From contig CAZICQ010000015.1 of NCBI GenBank assembly GCA_964537775.1, positions 5,935 to 69,934 of the forward strand: a DNA stretch of 64,000 bases, written 5' to 3'. The notes under the pieces were generated by a model. It had not been told where the DNA came from. It ran no database searches and saw nothing but the letters and a program-made list of their open reading frames with translations. The DNA comes from an uncultured Gemmatimonadaceae bacterium (GTDB taxonomy: Bacteria; Gemmatimonadota; Gemmatimonadetes; Gemmatimonadales; Gemmatimonadaceae). A program made the position numbers and the translations under genes. This document shows, one piece after another, positions 36,254 through 44,987 of the stretch. The stretch's first letter is position 1. Each line of letters starts with the position of its first letter.

Positions 36254-39200
36254 AAGTCGTGCCGGCCGGCGAATTCCGCTCCGACGGCCGCGTTCAGCTC
36301 ACGGAACTCCTCGCCGCGAATATTGAAGACCCCCTGCTCGACCTGAAGCACGCCGCGGACGAGGAGAAGGGGAGAGCGGGCGATCAGCAGTGCTTGCCGC
36401 TCGAAGCGCTTCGGGGTGACGATCACGTTCACCGTGCCCGTCTCGTCCTCGAGCGTGAGAAACACGAAGCCCTTCGCTGTTCCGGGGCGCTGCCGGCAGA
36501 TGACGAGTCCCGCGACGGCAACGCGTTCGCCGTCCCTGCCGCGATCGAGGATCTCCTTCGCCCTGCGTATGCCATTTGGCGCGAGCACCTCACGCAGGTG
36601 CGACAGCGGATGGCCGTTGAGCGAGATACCGGTCATTCGGTAGTCCGCTTCGGTGAGCTCGTGCGGCGTCATGGCCGGAAGGGGAGGGCTCGCTGCCACG
36701 GGCTGGTCGCCCGGCTCCGCCGGTGCTCGCCCGCCGCCGCCAGTGCTCGCCCGGCGCCGGCGCCCGGGCGCCAGCGGTCCAGCGTCTCCGCGCGCGCGCT
36801 CCAGCACGTCCCACAGCGCGGCTCGCCGCTTGCGCAGCGCCGGCTCGTTAGGCGCGAAGCAGTCGAACGCGCCGGCCTCGGCGAGATGGCGCAGCGAGCG
36901 GCGGTCGAAGGATGTCCGGGCGACGAAGTCGTCGATGGAGGTGAAGGTGCCACCGCGACTCCACGCCGCGTCGAGGATCTCCTGCGCCTTGGGACCGAGT
37001 CCATGCACGGAGCGAAAGCCGAGGCGTACCGCCGGAGCGGTCGCCGTGCCGCCGCTACTCGTACCGGGCGCTTCGTCCCGCTCGAGCGTCGCGTCCCATC
37101 GCGATCGCGAGGCGTCCACCGGCCGCACGACGACGCCGTGTCGTTTGGCATCCTCCACCAGCGTCCCCGGAGCGTAGAAGCCCATCGGCTGGGCATTGAG
37201 AATCGCCGCCGTGAACTCCGGGGCGTAGTAATGCTTGAGGTACGCCGACGCGTACACGAGCAGCGCAAAGCTCGCGGCGTGCGACTCGGGAAAGCCGTAG
37301 TCGGCGAAGGCGTTGATCTGGTTGTAGATGCTCATCGCCGTCTCGTCGGGGATGCCGTTCGCGCGCATGCCGTCGATCATGCGCTGGCAGACTGCCGCCA
37401 TACGCTCGTGGCTTCGCTTGTGCCCCATCGCGCGCCGGAGCGCGTCGGCCTCGCTGGGCGAGAATCCCGCGCAGGCGATCGCGACCTGCATCCCCTGCTC
37501 CTGAAACAGCGGCACGCCTAACGTGCGGGAGAGAATCGGCTCGAGCGACGGATGCGGATACGTCACCGCCTCCTCGTTGGCGCGCCGCCGCAGGTAGGGG
37601 TGCACGAGGTCGCCCTGGATCGGCCCCGGACGGATGATCGCGACCTCCACCACGATGTCGTAGAACGTGCGCGGCTTGAGACGGGGCAGGGTGCTCATCT
37701 GGGCGCGGCTCTCCACCTGGAAGATGCCGATCGTATCGGCGCGACAGAGATCGTCGAACACCGACTGATCCTCCATGTCCAGCTGTCCGAGATCGATCGT
37801 CACGCCGCGCATCTGCCGCACGTATTTCAGGCAGTCCTGGATGAGCGTGAGCATGCCGAGGCCGAGCAGGTCGATCTTCACGAGCTTCATCGGATCGAGG
37901 TCGTCCTTCTCCCACTGGATCACCGTGCGATCCTTCATCGATGCCGGTTCGATCGGCACGATCGTCGACAGCGGCTCCGCCGTGAGGACGAATCCGCCGA
38001 CGTGAATCGACCGGTGCCGCGGGACCTGATGCAATCCGTTCACGATTCTGGCGAGCGCTCGCACGCGCTTGTCCGCCGGATCCAGTCCGGCCAGCTCCAC
38101 CGGCGATCGGGACGAGCCGGTCGGACGCGTGGCCGTCGTAGGATTGCGCCGCTCGTTATGCGTCATCCTGGCGTGCGGATCCATGTAGCGGGGGCGCCCC
38201 CCCGCCCCCCCCTCCGCCCCCGCGCCCCTCTTCGCCGCCTCCTTCACCTTGCGCGCTTCCGTGGTCGCCTCCGTCCCGGCAACCATCGTTTGGCCGAAGG
38301 CGCGGGCAATCGCGGCTTCGTGTGACTCGCCTCCGGCTTCGCCTTCGTGGTCCGGCGGGAGCCCACGGAGCGCGTCCGCCGTTGCGCGCGCCGAGTATCG
38401 GTCCGCCACCGTGCAGAGCTTCTCCGCCTGTTCCACCGAGAAGCCGAGCACACGCGCCGCGTCGCGCACGGCCGAGCGGCCGCGGTACGTGATCTGCTCG
38501 CAGACCATCGCCGCATGGTCGCGCCCGTACTTCTCGTACACGTACTGAATGACCTTCTCGCGGTCACGGTGCGCGAAATCGATGTCGATGTCCGGCGCCT
38601 CTCGGCGTTCCTCGCTGAGAAAGCGCTCGAACAGCAGTCCGAGCCTGATCGGGTCGACGGAGGTGATCCCGAGGCAGTAGCACACCGCCGAATTCGCCGC
38701 CGAACCGCGTCCCTGGCACAACACCCCTTCGCGCCGTGCGAAGCGCACGATGTCCCACACGATGAGGAAGTAGCCGGCCAGGCCGAGCTTCGCGATGAGC
38801 TCCAGCTCGTGCGCGATCTGCTCGTCATGCCGTGCCGTACGATGCCCTGCTCCCCCGCTCTCACCCCAGCGTTCCTGAGCGCCCTGCTCGACCAGGCGCG
38901 CCAGATATTCGTCGGCGGTCACGCCGTGCGGCAATGGGAACGCCGGAAGGCTCGGCTCCAGATCGGTCATCCGAAACGCGCAGCGCTCGGCGATCTGCAA
39001 CGTTGCCTGGATGCCTTCCGGTGCATGCCGCCAGCGGCGTCGCATCTGCGCGGCGCTCTTGAGATACCATTCCCCGTTCGGCCGCAGGCGCGTTCCCATC
39101 TCGTCGAGCGTTCGCTCGTGCCGCAGACACGACAACACGTCCTGGATCATGCGATCCCGCGCTCGCGCGTAGTGGACGTCATTCGTGACCACCCAGGGCA

Positions 39201-39813
39201 CGCCGAGCGCGTGTGCCACGTCGATGAGGCCGCGCGATATCTCACGCTCCTCGGCCAGGCCGTGATCCCAGCACTCGATGGCCAGCCGCCCGTCGAAGAT
39301 GTCGCGCAGCTCCGCCGCGGCGTCGCACGCCAGCTCCGTCGCTCTCCCCTCCGCGATGAGCGACGGCACCCAGCCGCGCGCGCATGCGGTGAGCGCGAAC
39401 AGCCCTGCCGCATGGTGCGCCACCGTATCGAGTGGCACCGACGGCTGGCCGCGATCGTTCTGCATCCGCCCGGCCGTGATCAGCGAACAGAGATTGCCGT
39501 AGCCCTCGCGATTCTCGGCGAGCAGCACGAGATGATGCACGGAAGCGGATGGAGAGCTGCGTTCGGCGGACGCGTGGCCGTCGACCGCGATCGTCAGCTC
39601 CGCTCCGATGATCGCAGCGAGTCCGTGCTCATCCGCCGCCTGTGCGAAGCGCACGGCGCCGCCGAGGTCATCGTGATCGGTGAGCGCGAGAGCGGTGTGG
39701 CCCAGCTCCACCGCTCGTTGCACGAGCGTCTCCGGCAGCGCGGCGCCGTCGAGCAGTGAGAATGCCGAATGGCAATGCAGCTCGACGTATCCCGAGGCGT
39801 TCAGTCGTACCAT
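36247..39813 (-). CDS. dnaE2: Error-prone DNA polymerase III alpha-subunit paralog DnaE2 (ImuC)
   Basis: ATG at 39813-39811 (MVRLNASGYVELHCHSAFSLLDGA, the PHP domain). Pol III alpha blocks run throughout and there is a C-terminal OB-fold region. Located directly downstream of imuA/imuB-like genes. Confidence 0.93.
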   Translation of the reverse strand: MVRLNASGYVELHCHSAFSLLDGAALPETLVQRAVELGHTALALTDHDDLGGAVRFAQAADEHGLAAIIGAELTIAVDGHASAERSSPSASVHHLVLLAENREGYGNLCSLITAGRMQNDRGQPSVPLDTVAHHAAGLFALTACARGWVPSLIAEGRATELACDAAAELRDIFDGRLAIECWDHGLAEEREISRGLIDVAHALGVPWVVTNDVHYARARDRMIQDVLSCLRHERTLDEMGTRLRPNGEWYLKSAAQMRRRWRHAPEGIQATLQIAERCAFRMTDLEPSLPAFPLPHGVTADEYLARLVEQGAQERWGESGGAGHRTARHDEQIAHELELIAKLGLAGYFLIVWDIVRFARREGVLCQGRGSAANSAVCYCLGITSVDPIRLGLLFERFLSEERREAPDIDIDFAHRDREKVIQYVYEKYGRDHAAMVCEQITYRGRSAVRDAARVLGFSVEQAEKLCTVADRYSARATADALRGLPPDHEGEAGGESHEAAIARAFGQTMVAGTEATTEARKVKEAAKRGAGAEGGAGGRPRYMDPHARMTHNERRNPTTATRPTGSSRSPVELAGLDPADKRVRALARIVNGLHQVPRHRSIHVGGFVLTAEPLSTIVPIEPASMKDRTVIQWEKDDLDPMKLVKIDLLGLGMLTLIQDCLKYVRQMRGVTIDLGQLDMEDQSVFDDLCRADTIGIFQVESRAQMSTLPRLKPRTFYDIVVEVAIIRPGPIQGDLVHPYLRRRANEEAVTYPHPSLEPILSRTLGVPLFQEQGMQVAIACAGFSPSEADALRRAMGHKRSHERMAAVCQRMIDGMRANGIPDETAMSIYNQINAFADYGFPESHAASFALLVYASAYLKHYYAPEFTAAILNAQPMGFYAPGTLVEDAKRHGVVVRPVDASRSRWDATLERDEAPGTSSGGTATAPAVRLGFRSVHGLGPKAQEILDAAWSRGGTFTSIDDFVARTSFDRRSLRHLAEAGAFDCFAPNEPALRKRRAALWDVLERARGDAGPLAPGRRRRASTGGGGRAPAEPGDQPVAASPPLPAMTPHELTEADYRMTGISLNGHPLSHLREVLAPNGIRRAKEILDRGRDGERVAVAGLVICRQRPGTAKGFVFLTLEDETGTVNVIVTPKRFERQALLIARSPLLLVRGVLQVEQGVFNIRGEEFRELNAAVGAEFAGRHDFH

Positions 39814-41606
39814 CCCTGCAGCATCCACTGCGCTTCCGCGCGGTCGAGGTACAGCACGAAGTCGCCAAACGAGCTTTCGCATCGCCAGTAATCGCGCTGG
39901 TAGCCGTCGCTCCACCAGTCGCCCGAGAGCCGTTCTGGTCCTACCGCTCGAGCGATCGCGATGCGGCGATTCTGCCACGTCATTGCCTGTGGAACGTCGC
40001 CGTCGCAGTCGACGAACACCGACGCCGGCTGTTCCAGCAGGCGTAGCGTCGGCTCGATCTCGACCGCCGCGCTCTGCCGTCTGGCAGCCACCGTCGTCCG
40101 GTCACCCGCTGCCGATGGTACGTCGCTATCCTGCCATGCACCGGCGCGCTCGGGCACGAACGCATCGCGCGCCACCGGCTTGACCACGACATTCGGTCCC
40201 AGCTCGGCGCGCAACCGCGCCAGCGCGGCATCCGCGGCGGCTGGATCGCGCCACGCGCTGTCGAGCAGATTCCCCTGTTCTCCGGAGATCGGTGTCGTCG
40301 CCACGATGCTGACGGTGACGCCGCTGACCGGCGCGCTCAGCGTCCAGCTGTCGAGCAACGTTCGGCAATGCTCGAGGAGCGGGGACACGCGCGCGAGCGG
40401 ATGTGCCGGCCGTACCTCGCGCGTGATCGTGTGTGGTCGCGGCGCTGTTTCACTCCTGTTTGCCGACGCTGGTGGAGGCCAGGGCAGGGCGCTGCGTGCA
40501 TCGTCGAGTGTGAGCGTGATCGCCACCGCCGCGGCGGCGCGTCCGTCGCTCACGAGCTGCATCACCAGACGATCGAGTGCCGCGCGCACGAGAAAGAGCA
40601 CCGGCTCCATCGTCGCCGACGATGCCGGCAGCTCGAGCTCCACCGAGAGCGGTGGCGCCACGCGCGCGAGCACTGGGCGTCGCCGGTCCTCGCCGCGTGC
40701 CAGGCGCCACGCCGCGAGCCCGATGTCTCCCCAGCGCCGCTCCACGTCCTCGGCCGCCAACGCCGCCAGCGCGCCAACGCTGCGCAGGCCAAGAGCGCCG
40801 AGCGCTTCGCGCAGCTCCTCCTCCATCGGCACGAGCACCAGTGGTGCGGGCGCGAGGTACTCGGCATCACGGCCCGGAGGCACGATACAAATCAGCGACC
40901 GTTCATCGCCGCCGCGCTGAAAGGATGTCCCCGCCCAGGTCGCCGCGCGCGCGGCCACACACGAATCCGCGATAGCAACGCGGGCCTGTGGATGCCAGCG
41001 CGCGGCGATGCGGCGCAACGTGTACGCGAGCGCGCGTTCGCCGGCGCGCTGGCTATTGCGTCCGTCGCCATCGCGGCCAAATCCCGACGCGCCCACCCAC
41101 CACATCCCTGGCGCACCGGACACGGGGCTCACCTGGGGACTACCGCCGACGAGGAGTGCCGTCAACTCCGTGATCGCGCCGGCGATCGCGACATCGTCCC
41201 ACGGCAGCTCCTCGAGATCGGCGCACATGGCTCGCGCTTCGGCGATCGTCATACCGGCGCGAATGCCGCATCGTGCCGCCGCCGCCGACACCGTCCGCAG
41301 GCGCCGCCGGCTGCCATCGTCGGTTAGAACGATCGGCCGGTCATCCCAGAGCGCGGGCGCGCCCGTGTCCCCGCGGCGCTCGTCCGTAATCCGGCTCGGC
41401 GCACCGTCGCTTTCGGGGCAGCGACGCGGGGAGGGGTTCGTCAGGCGCGCGGTCTGCGAGGATGGGTGTCCCTCCGTCTCCCGCGTGAACGGTAGCAGTA
41501 GCTGTACGTCGCTCGCGCCCAGATCGCCCCTTCTCGCGCTGCGCCACACCGCGGCGATCGGGAATCTGGGGATGCGCACACAAGCGACGCGCCACTGCGA
41601 TTGCAC
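39801..41606 (-). CDS. imuB: ImuB (Y-family polymerase-like protein of the mutagenesis cassette)
   Basis: GTG start, then VACVRIPRFPIAAVW N-terminus. UmuC/DinB-like fold blocks (RCGIRAGMTIAEARAMCADL, ADSCVAARAAT). Its stop overlaps the dnaE2 start by 13 nt. Confidence 0.85.
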   Translation of the reverse strand: MQSQWRVACVRIPRFPIAAVWRSARRGDLGASDVQLLLPFTRETEGHPSSQTARLTNPSPRRCPESDGAPSRITDERRGDTGAPALWDDRPIVLTDDGSRRRLRTVSAAAARCGIRAGMTIAEARAMCADLEELPWDDVAIAGAITELTALLVGGSPQVSPVSGAPGMWWVGASGFGRDGDGRNSQRAGERALAYTLRRIAARWHPQARVAIADSCVAARAATWAGTSFQRGGDERSLICIVPPGRDAEYLAPAPLVLVPMEEELREALGALGLRSVGALAALAAEDVERRWGDIGLAAWRLARGEDRRRPVLARVAPPLSVELELPASSATMEPVLFLVRAALDRLVMQLVSDGRAAAAVAITLTLDDARSALPWPPPASANRSETAPRPHTITREVRPAHPLARVSPLLEHCRTLLDSWTLSAPVSGVTVSIVATTPISGEQGNLLDSAWRDPAAADAALARLRAELGPNVVVKPVARDAFVPERAGAWQDSDVPSAAGDRTTVAARRQSAAVEIEPTLRLLEQPASVFVDCDGDVPQAMTWQNRRIAIARAVGPERLSGDWWSDGYQRDYWRCESSFGDFVLYLDRAEAQWMLQGWYD

Positions 41607-42252
41607 AACTCACCTCCACGGTTTTGCGGGGACCACCTTTTTCGACGACGACGACGAACGAACGGGGAGCGGCGCACGATCGGCGCCTGCCTCCTCCCGG
41701 CTCGCCGCTCCCGCGCGCCACGCGCAATCGGACCGCCGTACCTAACGAGTTACGCATCGCGCTCCCCGCTCCTCCGGCGCTGGTCTCCTCGTCCCGCGTC
41801 ACCACGAATGCGGCGTTCGATTCGCGCGCCAGACGCGTGAGACGCACTGCGATCGCCTTGGGCAGCGGCGGCCCCGAGTCCAGCACCACGAGCGCGAACG
41901 CGCCGCAGCGCAGGAGCACGTCGGCACACCACGCCGCCCGCGCTGGATCGCGCGGCCGGATCACCCAGAGGCCTTCGTGCGCGCCGAGGTGCGCCCAGTC
42001 GCGCGGCGCCAGCGTGCGCGATGCGTCGATGTACGCCACCCATCCCGCTCCGGCGATCGCCTCTTCCGCCATGCGGCGCAGCAGCGTCGTCCGCCCGCTC
42101 CCGCGCGCACCCGTTCCCACGACCTCCGTCAATCGGCCGCGCGGCAAACCGCCACCAAGCGCAACGTCGAGGGCGTCGATTCCCGTCGGCAGCCCGGGCA
42201 CCGCTGGCGCTGCCGGCGGCAGCAGCGACAGGAGCGACTGCGGCGCGGTCAT
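41341..42252 (-). CDS. imuA: ImuA-like (RecA/SulA-fold) protein
   Basis: ATG at 42252-42250 (MTAPQSLL). Contains LPTGIDALDVALGGGLPRGRLTEVVGTGARGSGRTTLL and the typical WVAYIDASRTLAPRDW block. The frame runs on for 266 nt into imuB. Confidence 0.8.
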   Translation of the reverse strand: MTAPQSLLSLLPPAAPAVPGLPTGIDALDVALGGGLPRGRLTEVVGTGARGSGRTTLLRRMAEEAIAGAGWVAYIDASRTLAPRDWAHLGAHEGLWVIRPRDPARAAWCADVLLRCGAFALVVLDSGPPLPKAIAVRLTRLARESNAAFVVTRDEETSAGGAGSAMRNSLGTAVRLRVARGSGEPGGGRRRSCAAPRSFVVVVEKGGPRKTVEVSCAIAVARRLCAHPQIPDRRGVAQREKGRSGRERRTATATVHAGDGGTPILADRAPDEPLPASLPRKRRCAEPDYGRAPRGHGRARALG

Positions 42253-43352
42253 GGCGAAACATCCGCTTCCTCGAACAACGCGAGCTGCCGGTCGTCCAGC
42301 GCTCCTGCTTCTGCTGCCCACCGGGCGCGGACCGCGTATTCCTCACGCTGATCGTGGCCGAACGGAATGCCATACTTCGCGCACAGCCGCCTGAAATGGC
42401 GCTGGAGTCCTTCTCGATAGCGTGCACCCACCTGATGATCGTGCGCGTACGATGCGCGATATCGCGCCGCGAGCTCCGGAAACTCGTGTGCGATGAATGG
42501 CAGATACCGCTGCTTCGCCGACGCACGCAGCCGCAGCGCGCACGCGCTCAGCGAGCTCGCCCCCGCCGCCGCCACGGTCCGCACCAGCGTATCGAGCTGC
42601 GCCGGCTCGTCCGTGATTCCTGGCAGCACCGGCATCGTGTTGATTCCCACCGTGATCCCCGCCGCTCGCAATCTGCCTAACGCGCGAACGCGCGAGTCCG
42701 GCGTGGGCGCGCGCGGCTCCAGGCGGCGCGCCAGCTCGCGATCGAGCGTGATCAGCGACAGATGGATCGACAAGCTCGAGTGCCGCTCGATGCGCGTGAG
42801 CAGATCGATGTCGCGCGTGATCAGCGGACTCTTCGTGATGATCACGATCGTGAGTCCGGCATGATCGGCGAGCACCTCGAGCACGCCACGCGTCAGCTGA
42901 AAACGGCGCTCCGCCGGCTGGTATGGATCTGTCGCCGTGCCGATGACGATCGCTTCGCCGTGCAGCAGCGCGAGGTGGCGATCCGACCCGTGGCGCAGCG
43001 TCTCCCGCAACACGGCGGCGGCGTTCTCCTTCACGAAAATCCGCCGCTCGAACGCCAGCCAGGGCGGCATGGTCTCGATCGCCGTCTTCAACGGCTCATG
43101 ATCGGGATTCGCCGCTACCGACCGCTCCAGAACGTACCGGTGCGCATAGCGCGCGTAGCAGTACGTGCACCCGAACGCGCAGCCGACGTAGGGATTGATG
43201 GACCAGAACCCCATCCCCGTAGTCTCCGGCCCGTTCAAAATCTGCCGCGCTCGCGTTCCGTAGTAACTGATATCTTTCTGCTCGCCCACCACGGGCAGCC
43301 GGCGCCGGGTGGCGGTCGCGTCGTCGAACAATGTGGTCTGCTGCAGCTGCAT
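42249..43352 (-). CDS. Radical SAM protein of the PA0069 / SplB-like (COG1533 'DNA repair photolyase') family
   Basis: 367 aa. CxxxCxxC cluster motif in INPYVGCAFGCTYCYARY. The N-terminal region QILNGPETTGMGFWSINPY is typical of this family as I recall it. Its TGA overlaps the imuA ATG (ATGA at 42249-42252). Confidence 0.85.
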   Translation of the reverse strand: MQLQQTTLFDDATATRRRLPVVGEQKDISYYGTRARQILNGPETTGMGFWSINPYVGCAFGCTYCYARYAHRYVLERSVAANPDHEPLKTAIETMPPWLAFERRIFVKENAAAVLRETLRHGSDRHLALLHGEAIVIGTATDPYQPAERRFQLTRGVLEVLADHAGLTIVIITKSPLITRDIDLLTRIERHSSLSIHLSLITLDRELARRLEPRAPTPDSRVRALGRLRAAGITVGINTMPVLPGITDEPAQLDTLVRTVAAAGASSLSACALRLRASAKQRYLPFIAHEFPELAARYRASYAHDHQVGARYREGLQRHFRRLCAKYGIPFGHDQREEYAVRARWAAEAGALDDRQLALFEEADVSP

Positions 43353-43400
43353 CGTCTGGACGTCCTCGAGCCGACTGAACCGCTCATTCTGGCGGGGGGA

Positions 43401-43431
43401 TCGTATATACCGAATATAAACCGAAACAGCA
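43401..43431 (-). promoter_or_regulatory. AT-rich box with an 11-nt-spaced direct repeat CCGAA(N6)CCGAA and TATATA/TATATT hexamers; candidate promoter/operator of the radical-SAM-imuAB-dnaE2 operon
   Basis: The sequence tcgtatataccgaatataaaccgaaacagca is roughly one-third G+C in a GC-rich genome. It lies 50-80 nt upstream of the ATG at 43352. No other comparably AT-rich stretch was noticed nearby. Confidence 0.4.
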
Positions 43432-43439
43432 AGACGCCT

Positions 43440-44933
43440 GCCTTTGTCGCACTCACCTGTGCGGTCATCGCCTTCGCAGCGGCCCTCACCGTCAGCGATC
43501 CGCCAGGACCAGGACTCGATCCAGACAGTGCTTTCTATCTCGGTGGTGCCGAGTCACTCGTGGCGGGACATGGATACCGCGCTCCCATCGCCCTCTGGAG
43601 CTCACCCGACAGCAGCGCACCCATAACGCATTTTCCGCCAGGGCTTTCCGCGGCAATCGCCATCCCGACTCGCTTCGGCTTGCCGCTCCTCCAGAGTGCG
43701 CGTCTCGTCAACGCCGTCTCTGCTTTCATCACTCTCGGTGCGGCCACCTACCTCGTCGCCATCGCCGTGGGCCCTGCGGCCGCCATCGTGCTCGGCGTCA
43801 TCCTCCTCGTGACCCCGGCTCTGGTCGCCGACCATCTCGACGTCCTGAGCGAACCGCTCTTTCTCGCCTGCATCATGCTCGCGCTCCTTGCGATGGTACG
43901 TGCTCCGGAGCGTCCTCTGGCCGCGGGCATGGCCGCCGCGCTCGCGACCCTCGTGCGCTACGCGGGCATCTCCGTCGCGGCGGCGGCCGTCGTCTGGTCC
44001 GCCCTCCAGGGTGGCACGAGCCGAGAACGTCTCCGGCGCGCGGCGGTCGCCGCTATCCCCGCGCTCCTGCTGCAGAGCGCCTGGGTCGTCCATGCACGAG
44101 CCACCGCCGGCTCGCAACCCATTCGCACATTCGCCGTCTACCTGGGCAGAATGGACCGAACGCTCGTCCAGGCATGGGCGACGCTCACGCACTGGCTCGT
44201 TCCGCTGCCGGAGGACACGTTTAGCGTGCACCGCGTGCCTGCCGGCGCAATCGCCCTGGCCGCCATCGTCCTGCTCGCCACGCTCGTGACGTTAGGCAGC
44301 CGCGCGCTGCGTGTCGCCGATGAGCGCGCGGCCGTCGCGCGCCGGCTGCTTGGCGCAACGGGCATTCTCGTCACCGCGTACATCGCGGTGATCCTCGCGT
44401 CACGACTCGTCGCCGATCCGAACATCCCCTTCGACGACCGCATTCTCTCCCCGCTCCTGCTCCTGTTGGAGGTCGCCTGTGTAACGGCCGCAGCACAGTG
44501 GTGGCCGCGTGGGGCGATGCCGGCGCGCATTGCACTTCTCGCCGCCGGCGCGATCTGGGCCGTGGGGTCGTTCGCGCTGACGCGCGCTGCCGTGAACTGG
44601 GCGCTCACCTACGGCAACGATTTCGCTGGCGAGCAATGGCGCCGCTCCGAGCTTCTCGATTGGACGCGCACCCACGCGCGTGATGTGCCGATCTACTCCA
44701 ACTGGCCCTCGGCGATCACGTTATACCTCGATCGTCCCGCGCGGGACCTTCCCTTCGCCGACACGCGCGTGAACGGTCGCGCCTTCGCCGATACCGTGCG
44801 CGCGCGACGCGCTGTCATCGTCGATTTCGACGTGAAGAATCCGCAGTTCGCCGGTGGGGACTCGCTAGCCCGGGTGCCGGGCCTCGTTACGATCGCGAAG
44901 CTCGCCGACGGCCAGGTGTTGGCCGCGCGCTGA
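43440..44933 (+). CDS. Polytopic membrane protein, ArnT/PMT-like (GT-C fold) glycosyltransferase suspected; start codon unresolved
   Basis: Frame of track ORF 42762..44933. The first TM helix (AFVALTCAVIAFAAALTV) is followed by a DPDSAFYLGGAES loop and more than 10 further TM helices. No ATG/GTG/TTG lies in frame between 43353 and 43559. Confidence 0.6.
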   Translation, partial: AFVALTCAVIAFAAALTVSDPPGPGLDPDSAFYLGGAESLVAGHGYRAPIALWSSPDSSAPITHFPPGLSAAIAIPTRFGLPLLQSARLVNAVSAFITLGAATYLVAIAVGPAAAIVLGVILLVTPALVADHLDVLSEPLFLACIMLALLAMVRAPERPLAAGMAAALATLVRYAGISVAAAAVVWSALQGGTSRERLRRAAVAAIPALLLQSAWVVHARATAGSQPIRTFAVYLGRMDRTLVQAWATLTHWLVPLPEDTFSVHRVPAGAIALAAIVLLATLVTLGSRALRVADERAAVARRLLGATGILVTAYIAVILASRLVADPNIPFDDRILSPLLLLLEVACVTAAAQWWPRGAMPARIALLAAGAIWAVGSFALTRAAVNWALTYGNDFAGEQWRRSELLDWTRTHARDVPIYSNWPSAITLYLDRPARDLPFADTRVNGRAFADTVRARRAVIVDFDVKNPQFAGGDSLARVPGLVTIAKLADGQVLAAR

Positions 44934-44987
44934 CTACATGCCCCGGCACGGCCGCAGGCGCGGCCGCCGCATGGCGACGGAATGCGT

